Below are positions 27,683 to 38,600 of a stretch of 64,000 nt of DNA, one piece after another. The position numbers were made by a program, and so were the translations under genes. Position 1 is the first letter of the stretch; the number at the start of each line of letters is the position of its first letter. The stretch lies in the IMG/VR virus record IMGVR_UViG_3300027126_000006, one strand, 5' to 3'. The notes beneath the pieces were generated by a model. The model was not told the origin of the DNA, did no database searches, and worked only from the letters and a program-made list of their open reading frames with translations. The stretch is from a virus.

Positions 27683-28341
27683 CAGTTCACATCACCAAAA
27701 GGATTGTTCTCGTTAAACATAATTTCAGTGCCCTGCTGTAGGAACTTAGTATTGTCGCCAAAGGAATCTACTTGATCGACTTCGGCATTTTGTGTAACAT
27801 CAAGAGTCTTCAGATCCTCAAATTGATCAACCTCTGCGATACCGGTGTTGATGCGTTCGGAAGAATATTGGAATAGTTCTACTTGAAGCTTATAGACGTA
27901 TAGCTTACCAAGTTGGTAAAATGGATCCTGATGCTTTACAAACTTAATCTCAAACAGCCCCTTCGTAAGAGGGAAGTATAACAGATCGCCCTCACAAGGC
28001 CTGGTAGGTACTATTGTTTGACCGTATCTACCAACCATCTGATCCCACCTTCTTCTTGCCACCACAAGAGTAGCAGACTGTTCCATCATCAATCCAAATT
28101 TTTGTATGAATGCACCTTGACCATCAAATGAATCTACGTTCTCAAAATACATTTCAATAGGATACAAAACCTTAAACTCTGATAGTCTATCCTCACCCAA
28201 TATGTCATCTTTGGATACCAGCTTACGAGGAATATAGAACAGCTCTTGACCATAGATCTTTAGAGATTCTATGATGAGATCCTCAACAAGGTACTGTTCA
28301 TTTCGAGTACCTTGCGAAAAGTAAACATTAACGGTTGACAT
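27682..28341 (-). CDS. gp14: Neck protein
   Basis: EQ.LVEDLIIESLKIYG, EGDLLYFP, PFYQLGK, NPFG. Confidence 0.95.
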   Translation of the reverse strand: MSTVNVYFSQGTRNEQYLVEDLIIESLKIYGQELFYIPRKLVSKDDILGEDRLSEFKVLYPIEMYFENVDSFDGQGAFIQKFGLMMEQSATLVVARRRWDQMVGRYGQTIVPTRPCEGDLLYFPLTKGLFEIKFVKHQDPFYQLGKLYVYKLQVELFQYSSERINTGIAEVDQFEDLKTLDVTQNAEVDQVDSFGDNTKFLQQGTEIMFNENNPFGDVN

Positions 28342-28342
28342 C

Positions 28343-29305
28343 TTAGCCTAAGAAAAATTCAAGAGGCGCACTCTTGTTTAATAGATCATCTTCAAGGTCT
28401 TTGATCTCTTGCATAGCTTCCACATACATGCTTTGTCCATCTAGAGTAACACCGCCTGGAAGCTGAATTCCTTGAAATTTCTTTAGATTAGTGGCCCACT
28501 GCTTTTTAAACAACGCAGTGGCATAATGCTTCAGCCACGTCTCACTCCAAACGCGCGTAAAGCTTGTTGGATCAAGAGCTCTATAGCATTCAAGTACAAC
28601 ATACTCGCCAGCAACGATATCATTATTCCAACTAATATCGGGATACACTCTACCTTGAAGTCTGTTGAACCTGAACATTGGCTTACCATTTAGTTCTAGG
28701 TCAAGTAATGACAGATGTGACATCACTTGCTTATAGTATATGATTGACGTTGATGCAAGATCGTATAAATCATTGAGTCGAAGCTGATATTGAACATCAA
28801 ACATCGACTTTGACGTTTGTGTACCCGCAAATGGTAGCATTCGGATAACGCCATACACTGCATCTGGAAGAGAGATGTATTTGTTATCCATCTCTCCTGT
28901 AAATACTGCATTTGTTGCTGCAAGCGTGGCAGTTGCTGTGCCGTTTGTAACAGTCTCGCCGTTTGTGAACGTACCACTGGTCAATGTTACGTAAATTGTA
29001 TTTGATGCTGGCGTTGTGTTGACCTGAGAAACTACTGTTGCATTTGCCCCGGACGTTTGACCTGTGATTGTAGTGCCAAGTGCAAATGAGCTGCTATTGC
29101 TAGTGGTGATGGTTAATGTTGAAGCTCTCATTTGTTGCTTCAAGTATACCTTTTCTACCCCTTCGTGATGGTAGGTATTCCAGTATTGAAGGGCTTCATC
29201 AATCCGGTCTTCAAGTTGATCATCATCAACGTTGATTTCCAATACTGGAGCTCCAAGTGCTCTTAGACAGTATTGTTTGAACTGATCTCTTGTAGTGACG
29301 GCCAT
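28343..29305 (-). CDS. gp13: Neck protein with a beta-rich insertion
   Basis: YCLRALGAPVLEINVDDDQ, KQWATNL.KF, LPGGVTLDG. Confidence 0.95.
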   Translation of the reverse strand: MAVTTRDQFKQYCLRALGAPVLEINVDDDQLEDRIDEALQYWNTYHHEGVEKVYLKQQMRASTLTITTSNSSSFALGTTITGQTSGANATVVSQVNTTPASNTIYVTLTSGTFTNGETVTNGTATATLAATNAVFTGEMDNKYISLPDAVYGVIRMLPFAGTQTSKSMFDVQYQLRLNDLYDLASTSIIYYKQVMSHLSLLDLELNGKPMFRFNRLQGRVYPDISWNNDIVAGEYVVLECYRALDPTSFTRVWSETWLKHYATALFKKQWATNLKKFQGIQLPGGVTLDGQSMYVEAMQEIKDLEDDLLNKSAPLEFFLG

Positions 29306-29327
29306 GGCAACCCTTTAGTGTTTTGAT

Positions 29328-29335
29328 TATTTATT
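29328..29335 (-). promoter_or_regulatory. Late promoter variant AATAAATA
   Basis: Upstream of the gp13-17 operon. Confidence 0.7.
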
Positions 29336-29339
29336 ATAA

Positions 29340-30512
29340 TCAAGAGTAGGAGTAGTAAGTTGGATTCTTTCTAAGAATAATCTGTGCTCGTACAATTAAC
29401 CCTCCCAAATAAGGAGACGTGTTATTAGCAATGACAGCCAAACCTTCTCCACTACGTATGACAAATCCTTGAAGTCCATCATCACTAAATGAATATCCAT
29501 ACGCTGTATAATGATCTGTATATTGCATTGCAGTCTGCATTACCCCCGGCAACACGTTACCTGTGAATCCATTCCCATGTTGCAACAGTCTTTGGCCAAA
29601 TGTCCTTGCTCGCCTATAAGCCGTGGTATTAGACGCTGGATATCCCAAATCATCAGGACTAAGACCGCCTATAATTGAAAGAGTAATAGGTAATAAAAAG
29701 GTTCCTTGACGAACACTCAAAAAAGGTGGTGCATCTGATCCATTATGTGCAATAGGGGTGACTGCTTCTCCCTCTGCACGAACATCATTGACTCGTGTCA
29801 CTCTAACGGTTGGTTGATCTAAGTTGCTAGTATTAACAGTACTACTTCCAGGTTGCCAAATTTCTATTTTAACAACTGTAACAGTTACACCAGACCCCGT
29901 TCCGTTGAAAATAGCAAACTGGGAGTTTTGGCCAGTAGGAGGATATAGTTCAAATAGTCCCGTGTAAGTGCTAGCACCTATTACTATAGTAATCTGACAT
30001 ATAAAGCTAGCATTAGCAGTATCATATCTTGGAGCTAGAGCTACACCTTCGCCTTCAGCCAAAACAATACCATCGTTTCCATCAAATCTACCAGAATCCC
30101 AGACAGTGGCATTTCCACTACGAATACTGCCACCCATACATCCAAATTGGTTGGGGTTAGATTGTATTGTTGATAAGTTCTGCACAAACCTTGTAAACCC
30201 CCGCAATGTACTACCACTTACAAAAGTCACACTAGATGGTAAATTTACAATTCGAACTTGGCTGGGTATAGCATTGGCACTAGTATCATGGGCAATCATA
30301 TCGATATCATCGCCGCCTAAAACCTCTGTAATTTTTTCAAGTTCAGCAGCTGATGGTGCGGCGACTAGATCATACGAAGGGACTGTTCGAATGTCAATTC
30401 CTCTAATTTCAAATTCATATTGACCAGTAGTGTCATCATTGAGGAAGGTCAGTAGTCCGCCCTCCTGTCCGGCGGAACACCTAGCTCTAACTGTCCAAGA
30501 TTGTTGTGCCAT
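29340..30512 (-). CDS. Hypothetical virion protein with two internal beta-sandwich repeats
   Basis: Repeated motifs (IAH.., L/I..GEG.A); paralogous to the next ORF. Confidence 0.65.
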   Translation of the reverse strand: MAQQSWTVRARCSAGQEGGLLTFLNDDTTGQYEFEIRGIDIRTVPSYDLVAAPSAAELEKITEVLGGDDIDMIAHDTSANAIPSQVRIVNLPSSVTFVSGSTLRGFTRFVQNLSTIQSNPNQFGCMGGSIRSGNATVWDSGRFDGNDGIVLAEGEGVALAPRYDTANASFICQITIVIGASTYTGLFELYPPTGQNSQFAIFNGTGSGVTVTVVKIEIWQPGSSTVNTSNLDQPTVRVTRVNDVRAEGEAVTPIAHNGSDAPPFLSVRQGTFLLPITLSIIGGLSPDDLGYPASNTTAYRRARTFGQRLLQHGNGFTGNVLPGVMQTAMQYTDHYTAYGYSFSDDGLQGFVIRSGEGLAVIANNTSPYLGGLIVRAQIILRKNPTYYSYS

Positions 30513-30522
30513 CGTAATTGTA

Positions 30523-31038
30523 TTATGTGTTGGTAAATTCTATTTCGAGGTCAGCTACACCTGTGGTTTGGTTAATACTTTGGATTGTATATCCTTCATT
30601 CTGACCGGCTCTACAAGTTACCGGCTCAACAACAGTATCGCCGTACCCCGAATTCCAGATCTCTGCAAACGGAACCAAACACATTAGAGCATCCCAATCC
30701 GCAGTCGATACAGTGGGTTCATCAGGGCTCATTAACAACCTACGGAACTGTGAAGTAGTTGTAACGGTCCTACCAGTCCCGGCCGAAGTATTAGCATTCA
30801 ACGCAACATTAGCTGTATTATGTGCTACCGGTGTCACGTTGCCGGTACTAGCTGCACTAGTTCTAAAAATAGATACAAAGTTTAGTGCACCAGTAACACC
30901 AGTTGTTTGGTTATTAAATAACCACGCACGATAGATTTTCACAGTTGCAGTACTGGCTGAACTATTAAAAATATCCAACATATGTTTGGTACTTGCATAT
31001 GCTACACCACTTGCAAAAGCATGCCATGTATTTGCCAT
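30523..31038 (-). CDS. Hypothetical virion protein, single copy of the same domain
   Basis: IFN.S.S..TV.I, VTPVAHN, EG..I motifs shared with 29340..30512. Confidence 0.65.
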   Translation of the reverse strand: MANTWHAFASGVAYASTKHMLDIFNSSASTATVKIYRAWLFNNQTTGVTGALNFVSIFRTSAASTGNVTPVAHNTANVALNANTSAGTGRTVTTTSQFRRLLMSPDEPTVSTADWDALMCLVPFAEIWNSGYGDTVVEPVTCRAGQNEGYTIQSINQTTGVADLEIEFTNT

Positions 31039-31050
31039 AATTATCTTTCC

Positions 31051-31353
31051 TTATATGTGTTGTGGTAGACTGATAATCTTACCAGTACCCTCTGTTGATT
31101 TAAAGAGATCAACACCTCTTCCCATATCATTTACGATTAACTTTAGACTGCCAGGCTGAGATAGTTTCTCAATCCTGTCTTTAAACTGTTTCTTTCGCTC
31201 AACGTCAGCATTGCTAGGAATCTCCCTTGCCAACATTATCTTATAAGCCTTAATCCTAGCCGACTCAACCATAGAGTTATTAATCCAGCAGTGATGTGTC
31301 AACTCCCATTGCTGCCTCTCTTGATTGAAGGCAATCATCATCTCTTTCTTCAT
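31051..31353 (-). CDS. Hypothetical protein
   Basis: ORF overlapping its upstream neighbour by 4 nt. Confidence 0.6.
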   Translation of the reverse strand: MKKEMMIAFNQERQQWELTHHCWINNSMVESARIKAYKIMLAREIPSNADVERKKQFKDRIEKLSQPGSLKLIVNDMGRGVDLFKSTEGTGKIISLPQHI

Positions 31354-31547
31354 AGCGGTCTTTCAAAAATGTATCCATTATCTAGTTCAATTGTTGAGGA
31401 AAAGTTTAGGTTTATGTCAGTTAGATTACATACTGGACATGTGGTGTTGCCGTTAGGATCAACTCTAACTCCTTCTGCAACGGATTCAGGAACAGATGCT
31501 GTCGCACATGTTTTATGTTTGATTTCTGATCTTACAATAGTTGGCAT
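31350..31547 (-). CDS. Small possible zinc-ribbon protein
   Basis: HKTC...CPVC; GAGG SD. Confidence 0.55.
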   Translation of the reverse strand: MPTIVRSEIKHKTCATASVPESVAEGVRVDPNGNTTCPVCNLTDINLNFSSTIELDNGYIFERPL

Positions 31548-31562
31548 ATTTATCCTCGTTTA

Positions 31563-32318
31563 TCATGCTGTTTGTAGTTGGCAACTCCAATCTGCTGCCC
31601 CTGATACGGTGTCGATGTCGCAACGCAATAGATCGCCAATAGCCAGTGATCCGCTAACAGATGTGGTTGCGACATAACCAGCACCCGCCAAAATTGATAT
31701 AGTCCCTATTGTTGTTGCAAACGTTGATCCATTATCTGACGATTTCTTGATAGTGACAGTAAACACATCTGTTGGCGGAGTCTTAGCTGTCAGTGTTAAC
31801 GTTGAACATGTCGCAGCTGCCCTAATCATAATCCAAGGAGTAACATCAGTCCCTGCAATTGGTGTACCTGTTCCGCCAAATGTGAATAGCGATGCACCCC
31901 CTCCACCTCCACTTGACCCTGTATATCCAATAGGACCCTGACTACCTGTGTACCCAACATCTCCAGGTGTACCAATACCAACTGACCCAGTGTATCCAAT
32001 TACACCTTGTGAACCTGTGTACCCTTGGCTACCAGTGTATCCAATTACACCTTGTGACCCGGTATATCCTTGGCTACCAGTGTATCCAATTACACCTTGT
32101 GAACCTGTATACCCTTGCGATCCGGAGTATCCAATTACACCTTGTGAACCTGTGTACCCTTGACTTCCAGTATACCCTTGTAAACCAATGGATCCTGTAT
32201 ATCCAGGCTGCACGGCCACGAGAACCCTTCGCCAAGAATTACTGGCAGAAGTGTATTGGTAGGTAATGTTATTAACTACCGCTGTCTGGCCATTTGTTGG
32301 TGAAGTTGGAAAGCTCAT
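31563..32318 (-). CDS. Short collagen-like (GYTGSQ) fibre protein
   Basis: MSFPTSPTNGQ N-terminal module, Gly-X-Y repeat, beta-rich C-terminal domain. Confidence 0.8.
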   Translation of the reverse strand: MSFPTSPTNGQTAVVNNITYQYTSASNSWRRVLVAVQPGYTGSIGLQGYTGSQGYTGSQGVIGYSGSQGYTGSQGVIGYTGSQGYTGSQGVIGYTGSQGYTGSQGVIGYTGSVGIGTPGDVGYTGSQGPIGYTGSSGGGGGASLFTFGGTGTPIAGTDVTPWIMIRAAATCSTLTLTAKTPPTDVFTVTIKKSSDNGSTFATTIGTISILAGAGYVATTSVSGSLAIGDLLRCDIDTVSGAADWSCQLQTA

Positions 32319-32339
32319 GTGTTTATGTCCTCGTTCTGG

Positions 32340-32347
32340 TATTTATA
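32340..32347 (-). promoter_or_regulatory. T4-type late promoter TATAAATA
   Basis: Exact consensus upstream of 31563..32318. Confidence 0.85.
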
Positions 32348-32364
32348 GTGTACATAAACTCTAG

Positions 32365-33153
32365 TCAGAAAAGGAATATACTTCCTTGCCGATAAGCATT
32401 TGCACTAGGTTCTTGCTCTACAGGAACCCATATCCGTCTTGGTACGGGGACAGGAAGGAACACTTGCCACGGATCCTGATATAAACTTTGTATTTCTGCT
32501 GCTGAGAGTGATCGTGTCCATAGATAGTTGCAGTAAGTTGGATAGCCGGTATTACGATTTCCTCCCTCGCAATCATTGATAAATGCAAAAGCATTGCTTT
32601 CTGGATTCAAAGTTCTTGTATCAGTATTCGCAGAATTAACATTCACACCATTCACGTAAGCTTTTATTCCATTCGTTGTATTGTATTGATATGTCAATGC
32701 TAGTCCTAGTTTACTGTTATTATTACCTTGACCGTGAGCGAAACCATTACTTTGAGAGCTATAGTCACTATAGGTTATTGTCCAACCCGCATTAAGGTTA
32801 TTACTATAACTTGATATCCCTATGCAAAATGTTATGCTGTTAACATTATCCTGCCTCCTTAATCTAATACCAAATTTTCCTGAACTGGGATTTGCCGTAC
32901 CATTAACATATCCTATACTAAAGGTTGTTAATCCCAGCGGCGGGTTATATGCATAAGGAATTCTAAAATTTAGTTGTGTAGGGTTTATTCCACCGTTCGA
33001 AATTGGACTAGTTAATGTTTCAAATGTATTCGTGCTTTTACTAAGTTCCGGAGTAAAGTATTGATTTGCTGCACTATTGAACGCTATCACTAGATTTTGA
33101 GTAATAGGATTCGCCCAATTGATAGGTAAACTAGACTTTGGCTGGACGTTCAT
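32365..33153 (-). CDS. LamG/concanavalin-like lectin-fold protein
   Basis: IKAYVNGV, LWTRSLSAAEIQSLY, DPWQ. Confidence 0.7.
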   Translation of the reverse strand: MNVQPKSSLPINWANPITQNLVIAFNSAANQYFTPELSKSTNTFETLTSPISNGGINPTQLNFRIPYAYNPPLGLTTFSIGYVNGTANPSSGKFGIRLRRQDNVNSITFCIGISSYSNNLNAGWTITYSDYSSQSNGFAHGQGNNNSKLGLALTYQYNTTNGIKAYVNGVNVNSANTDTRTLNPESNAFAFINDCEGGNRNTGYPTYCNYLWTRSLSAAEIQSLYQDPWQVFLPVPVPRRIWVPVEQEPSANAYRQGSIFLF

Positions 33154-34715
33154 CTAGCACCACCTATAAGCCTAGTGGGAGGTCTGAATATCTGCCATGG
33201 ATTATCTGTTAGACTGTAGATTTCCTGCACTGATAATTCTCTAAGCCAAACATAGGAACAGTAGATTCTTGTACTTGCACCACCTCCGGTTGTAGTTATG
33301 CCGGCAAATGTGTATGAAGAATTAATATTAGTTTGTGTGGAAGTGTCAACTCCTATCAATTCTTTATTAATATATAATTCTCTATAATTTGTACCGAATC
33401 TTTGTTTTCCTACTGCATAATAGAGTGTGTTCAAATTTAAAGGAGATGAAGTAATGAACCCCCCACTATTACTATTATAAGTGTAGGATATTGAATTATC
33501 GTTGTTTTTAGTAAATTTGTTATAAACTGTGCTACTAACTCCGCCTCCTAACATAGTCTGATTGCCACCAGTTGTTGGAATTTCAAAAACTGTGAAGGTA
33601 GTAATACCCGGGTATGAGGACGGCGGTCTATATTTTGGTATTCTTCCGGAAGGATTTCCTATACTGATATTACTTACCGGGGTATTGTAATATCCTAACT
33701 TGCCTACACCAAACGTACTTCCTATTCCTGTATCAAATAATCTAGTCACTGCATCAAATATTCTACCATTTGGTCCATAGCTAGGAATAAATGCAGTTGC
33801 CAACTTATCAGTGATTGAATTCTCCCAATTGATTATAGGCAATCCCTGTGGTTGTGAAGTACGAACAGATTTAAAACTGGTTATGATGGCAGACTTGTTG
33901 CTCATGGTGCTTGAAGTACCAAGAATAGTACTTTCTCGCTGCTGCCATGGTGTTCTTTGGTTCAGTGAAGTTATGAAGATACTTTTTGCCGAAAGAAATA
34001 ATTGCCAAGGGTTTTGCGTGAGTCTGGTTACTTCCTCTGCACTCAACGGTCGATTCCAAACAAAACCTACGCTGGTAGCAATTGTAGCGGTGCTTACATC
34101 TTGTCCCTGATCGCTACTACCAAAACCAAAACACCTATTCCTAAAACTTGAGTCATAAGCGGTCATGGTATAAACACCACTGGCTACGACATTCGCATCG
34201 TAATAAAGAGTTGCTGTTGTGCCATTCGCAGTAATAGCAACCGTTCGCTTCTGCAAAGTGGTTCCGTGGTTTGCTAATGGGGATGCAAAAGTTCCCCAAA
34301 TACCGTACGCTCCATCAACACTACCACTATGTAGGCCAATGCCCCAGTTTTGGCTACCAGCAGTGGAGGCTCTTCCAATCCCGATATTTGCGTTTTGTTC
34401 GCTATCCTGCGATGCAACAATCAATGCAGATCCTATAGTCAAATCAAATCTTGATCCATATGGATAGGTAACGCTGGGAGGCTGATATGTGTACATCCCG
34501 CCTTTGAGAGATTTCCCTCCAATTCCTGGCCTAATTTGTACAGTAGGAGGAATAAAATCAGTATACATAGCTACCCCGTCAACTATATTAATTGGATAAC
34601 CGGGCAGAAACGCTCCAATCAAACCCCTACTTGAAGGATTCATCCAATTAATTCTAGGAACAAATTGAGGTTGTTTTGTTGTATCAGATATATCTAGAGG
34701 ACCTATAAACGCCAT
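33150..34715 (-). CDS. Tandem LamG/concanavalin-like domain protein
   Basis: Two units P.INW.N...VW.R.LS..E...L..NPWQ. Confidence 0.7.
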   Translation of the reverse strand: MAFIGPLDISDTTKQPQFVPRINWMNPSSRGLIGAFLPGYPINIVDGVAMYTDFIPPTVQIRPGIGGKSLKGGMYTYQPPSVTYPYGSRFDLTIGSALIVASQDSEQNANIGIGRASTAGSQNWGIGLHSGSVDGAYGIWGTFASPLANHGTTLQKRTVAITANGTTATLYYDANVVASGVYTMTAYDSSFRNRCFGFGSSDQGQDVSTATIATSVGFVWNRPLSAEEVTRLTQNPWQLFLSAKSIFITSLNQRTPWQQRESTILGTSSTMSNKSAIITSFKSVRTSQPQGLPIINWENSITDKLATAFIPSYGPNGRIFDAVTRLFDTGIGSTFGVGKLGYYNTPVSNISIGNPSGRIPKYRPPSSYPGITTFTVFEIPTTGGNQTMLGGGVSSTVYNKFTKNNDNSISYTYNSNSGGFITSSPLNLNTLYYAVGKQRFGTNYRELYINKELIGVDTSTQTNINSSYTFAGITTTGGGASTRIYCSYVWLRELSVQEIYSLTDNPWQIFRPPTRLIGGAR

Positions 34716-34734
34716 TTACTGCTCTTTATACCTA

Positions 34735-35241
34735 TTAGTTGTAGTACATTTCTTGTACAGCAACAGAGTGTCCTGAAGCTGCTAAGGCAGCACCGGCTTG
34801 ATTCTGTGCTACAATCACATACTTGGCAGGTACAGTTCCGCCGAATGCTGCGGCAATTGACAGTATCTTACTCTTATAGGCTACGCTGGTACCAGCAGCT
34901 GTTGCTACTAGAGCAACCGATCCTAGATAGATGCCATTGTTTCCGTTTGCAGAAAACGTAATAGCTTTATCAGTACCATCAACCAACTCATTAGTTGCGC
35001 CTGATGTACCAGACCAATTTGTTCCATCAATTGATCCATACGCAAAAAAGTTCACTACCGTCGTGCTGCTTGCAGTAAATGTTGCTGGACCATTGATAGT
35101 GATCACAACCTCGTGATCTGTTACATTGGCACTTGCACTACGAGTAATGGCAGAACAAGATGCTACTGCAGTGGTGCTGGATCCTAATGTGTTCCAGCTG
35201 GTATTAGTAGGTGGTGTAAGTGCTGTTCCGTTTAGTGCCAT
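34735..35241 (-). CDS. Hypothetical virion protein
   Basis: Ala/Thr-rich beta protein in the late operon. Confidence 0.65.
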   Translation of the reverse strand: MALNGTALTPPTNTSWNTLGSSTTAVASCSAITRSASANVTDHEVVITINGPATFTASSTTVVNFFAYGSIDGTNWSGTSGATNELVDGTDKAITFSANGNNGIYLGSVALVATAAGTSVAYKSKILSIAAAFGGTVPAKYVIVAQNQAGAALAASGHSVAVQEMYYN

Positions 35242-35243
35242 GA

Positions 35244-35651
35244 TTATTCTCCTAATTCTATTGCGCGTTCACACTCTTGCCAACTGACTGGATCACTCAC
35301 AGTGACAGCAGCAATTATTGTATTTAGGTTTGATTGAGGTATTACGTTAGTATTTACAAGATCCTGCAACATAGAGATGGTAGCCGAAGATCCAAAGTCT
35401 AGCTTATCTTGTTCCAACAGCTTCATTGACCAATTAACAGCCGAATTTGTTGTAGCTGCTTGTGTTAGCACATCCAAAAAAGTTCCGCCTACACTAGGAG
35501 TTAGTGTTTCTAACACCCAACCAATGCCTCCTAATTTAGAAGCAACCTTTGTTCTACCTACACTTACAGTTGCAGCAATGTCGTGATAGTTGCAGGGTTG
35601 TGTTAACTGCTGTTGAGAACACTTTGATAAAATTTCTTGATATAAAGTCAT
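35244..35651 (-). CDS. Hypothetical protein
   Basis: ORF with GAGG SD in the late operon. Confidence 0.65.
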   Translation of the reverse strand: MTLYQEILSKCSQQQLTQPCNYHDIAATVSVGRTKVASKLGGIGWVLETLTPSVGGTFLDVLTQAATTNSAVNWSMKLLEQDKLDFGSSATISMLQDLVNTNVIPQSNLNTIIAAVTVSDPVSWQECERAIELGE

Positions 35652-35670
35652 TATTTTTCCTCTAGATCGT

Positions 35671-38600
35671 TTATTGTTGGTTTACAGATAGTATATCCCA
35701 GTATCCATCTGCTCCGTTGTAAATTAAACCTACATACAAGTTCTTACCTGACACTGTCGTTGTAGGTAAACTTACTCCCACGGCTCTATATGCACCTGCA
35801 GACGTTGTCCATGTAATTGCAACAGCGGATCCTGCATCCTTAAACCTCAGAACTAACTTTTGACCACCAGAGGGTGTGCCGCTTGGAGCATTTACAGTCA
35901 CTGGTCCAGTCAATCCCAACAACTCGTATTGGGTATTGGATCCCGATGGAGTTATACTTCCCGAATAAGTTGTTCCATTGTTACCGACAGAGTTACCTAC
36001 TCCAACTGCTACACCAGTATCAACTACTACAGGTCCAGTGACATCTATCCAGTAGTTTGTAGTGCCATCACTTGTCCACCTATAGATGACATCATTAGCC
36101 GTATCATACCAAATGTCTCCGATAGATGGTAGTGCAGGAGGGGTAGTGCTTGAGGTGGAAGTTCCTCCTCCACCTGTATTATCAGTAGCGTTAACCCAAA
36201 TACTACCGTTATATTTTAATACCTGACCATTAATTACATCAGTGATAGTAACATCAGTGAGATCATTAAGAGCAGATGCTCCAGCGCCTCCAGCAGATCC
36301 AGTATATCCTATTGGACCTTGTACGGTCGAAGCCGATCCTGTATATCCTTGCGATCCAGTGTACCCTTGTGACCCAGTGTAACCCTGTGAGCCGGTGTAT
36401 CCTATTGGACCTTGAACTGTTGACGCAGAACCTGTATATCCAATATCACCTTGAGACCCAGTATATCCTTGCGATCCAGTGTACCCCTGTGATCCTGTAT
36501 ATCCTTGAGAGCCGGTGTATCCTATTGGACCTTGAACTGTTGACGCAGAACCTGTATATCCAATATCACCTTGAGACCCAGTATATCCTTGCGATCCAGT
36601 GTACCCCTGTGATCCTGTATATCCTTGAGAGCCGGTGTATCCTATTGGACCTTGAACTGTTGACGCAGAACCTGTATATCCAATATCACCTTGTGATCCT
36701 GTATATCCCTGTGACCCAGTGTACCCTTGGCTACCAGTGTACCCTCTTGGTCCTATTGATCCAGTATATCCAACTTCTCCTTGAGACCCAGTATATCCTT
36801 GCGATCCAGTGTACCCTTGTGACCCAGTGTAACCTACAAGACCTTGGGATCCTGTATATCCAATTGATCCTGTATATCCAACTACTGTTAGGTCCCCTGA
36901 ACCTACAAGCGATTGACCGGTGATTGATTTAATATTAACACCAGACACCAATGTAGCTTGCTTACCATCCAATGCAGTTTGTAGACCAGTAATGGCGCTT
37001 ATTGGGTGTGCATCATCGGCACTACGACCTGTTAGTGCATTGTGCGTTGTTGCACTTGCCGAGCTAACAGAACTCGTTGCTACCTTTGCAAGGATCTTCC
37101 GCACGCCAGCAATCTGTATTCTAGCATCATTGCCAGTATAAGCTGAGCTATACTTGACAACAATTTGATACATGAATACTTGTTCGGCGAAGCTTAGTCC
37201 GTATTCGATAAAGCTTTCATTATACGCAGCATCGACTGTATCAAACATCTCTCGACCGAGCACAAGCTTAATTGATCCTCTACCTGCACGGAAGTCGTTG
37301 GTAGCAAGTAACCAATAAGAAATGTACTTACCTTCCGTTACGTTAGCAAGAGATCCACTACCAGTAGAGATTAAGTTGTAGCGAGCCACATTGCTGGAAT
37401 GTACCCAAGGAGTAGTGCTGCCCGATACAGTTGTATATGCTGTACCAGAATAATGTACCACTTCTAGGTTAGCAGCGGTTAAAAGAGTTTGTTCCCAATC
37501 TGCTGTTGGGGAAGCCGCATGTGTGATTGTGTGAACAAGATCCTCATCGGCAATCACAATTGGAGCACCAACACTTAACTGAACAGCTGTATCATCATTT
37601 AATGTGTATGTTAGACCACCACCGCTTCTCCAAACCGTACCGACATTGCTATGTTGGTTGACGTGCCATGTAGTGTCGCGTTTTGATCCGTGGCGTTCAT
37701 CGCCAACAATAACAGCTTTTCCTGTTGTTGAATTCCAATAAACATACGCAATGTTGACGTGCGTATCAAACATTGGTACCGACGACTCTACAAGATTCAT
37801 TGTAGTAGGCTCAATGTATATGAACCTTGCACCGTCTGTGTTAGCTATAGTAATAGTTTTGGTTGTTGATACAGTATATAATGTACCAATGTGATAGAAC
37901 TGCCAACTTCCACTAACTGGTGTCGCCGTAAGCTCTCTAGTGCTTTCATTGAACGACATCGTTAGTTGAGTTCTGTCAACTACGCCATGGATGTCTCCAG
38001 TAGCTGTGGCTACAGAAATCAATACGTTGGTAAGATCGGCTGATGATCCTGTATATCCAATTGGTCCTTGGACTGTTGAAGCAGATCCTGTATAACCAGT
38101 AATACCTTGTGAACCAGTATACCCTATATCACCTTGACTGCCTGTATATCCTCTAGACCCCGTGTATCCAGTATAACCACGTGGTCCTTGACCACCAGTA
38201 ACAGAATCAATGATTGCAACATAATCAAGTTGTGTGGCGTGAGCTACATTACCCGCATTAGAATGGTAGATCCTAACAGTTACGTTGCCGTTATTAATGT
38301 AAGGTGTGCTTGATATCACACCTAATTGAAACTGATAAAAAGATCCTAATCCAGTATACGCCTGTATGCTGTCCCAGCCAGTTGTGACATAATTATATAA
38401 TTGAACATATATTGTATGATTGGAACTCGCAGTGTAGTTAATATTAACAGCAACAAGATTAAACGATGTAACCCCTGTAAATCCTACATCAATATGCCAT
38501 GCAGGGGCTGAACCTGACCCATCAGTTATATTATATGAATCACCATCACTAAAGTTTTGAATACTAGCTAGATTGCCAGAAACGTATACGCCACCAGTAA

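Noticed and set aside
32365-34715. Diversity-generating retroelement target
   Set aside because: No reverse transcriptase and no near-identical TR/VR pair seen in the window
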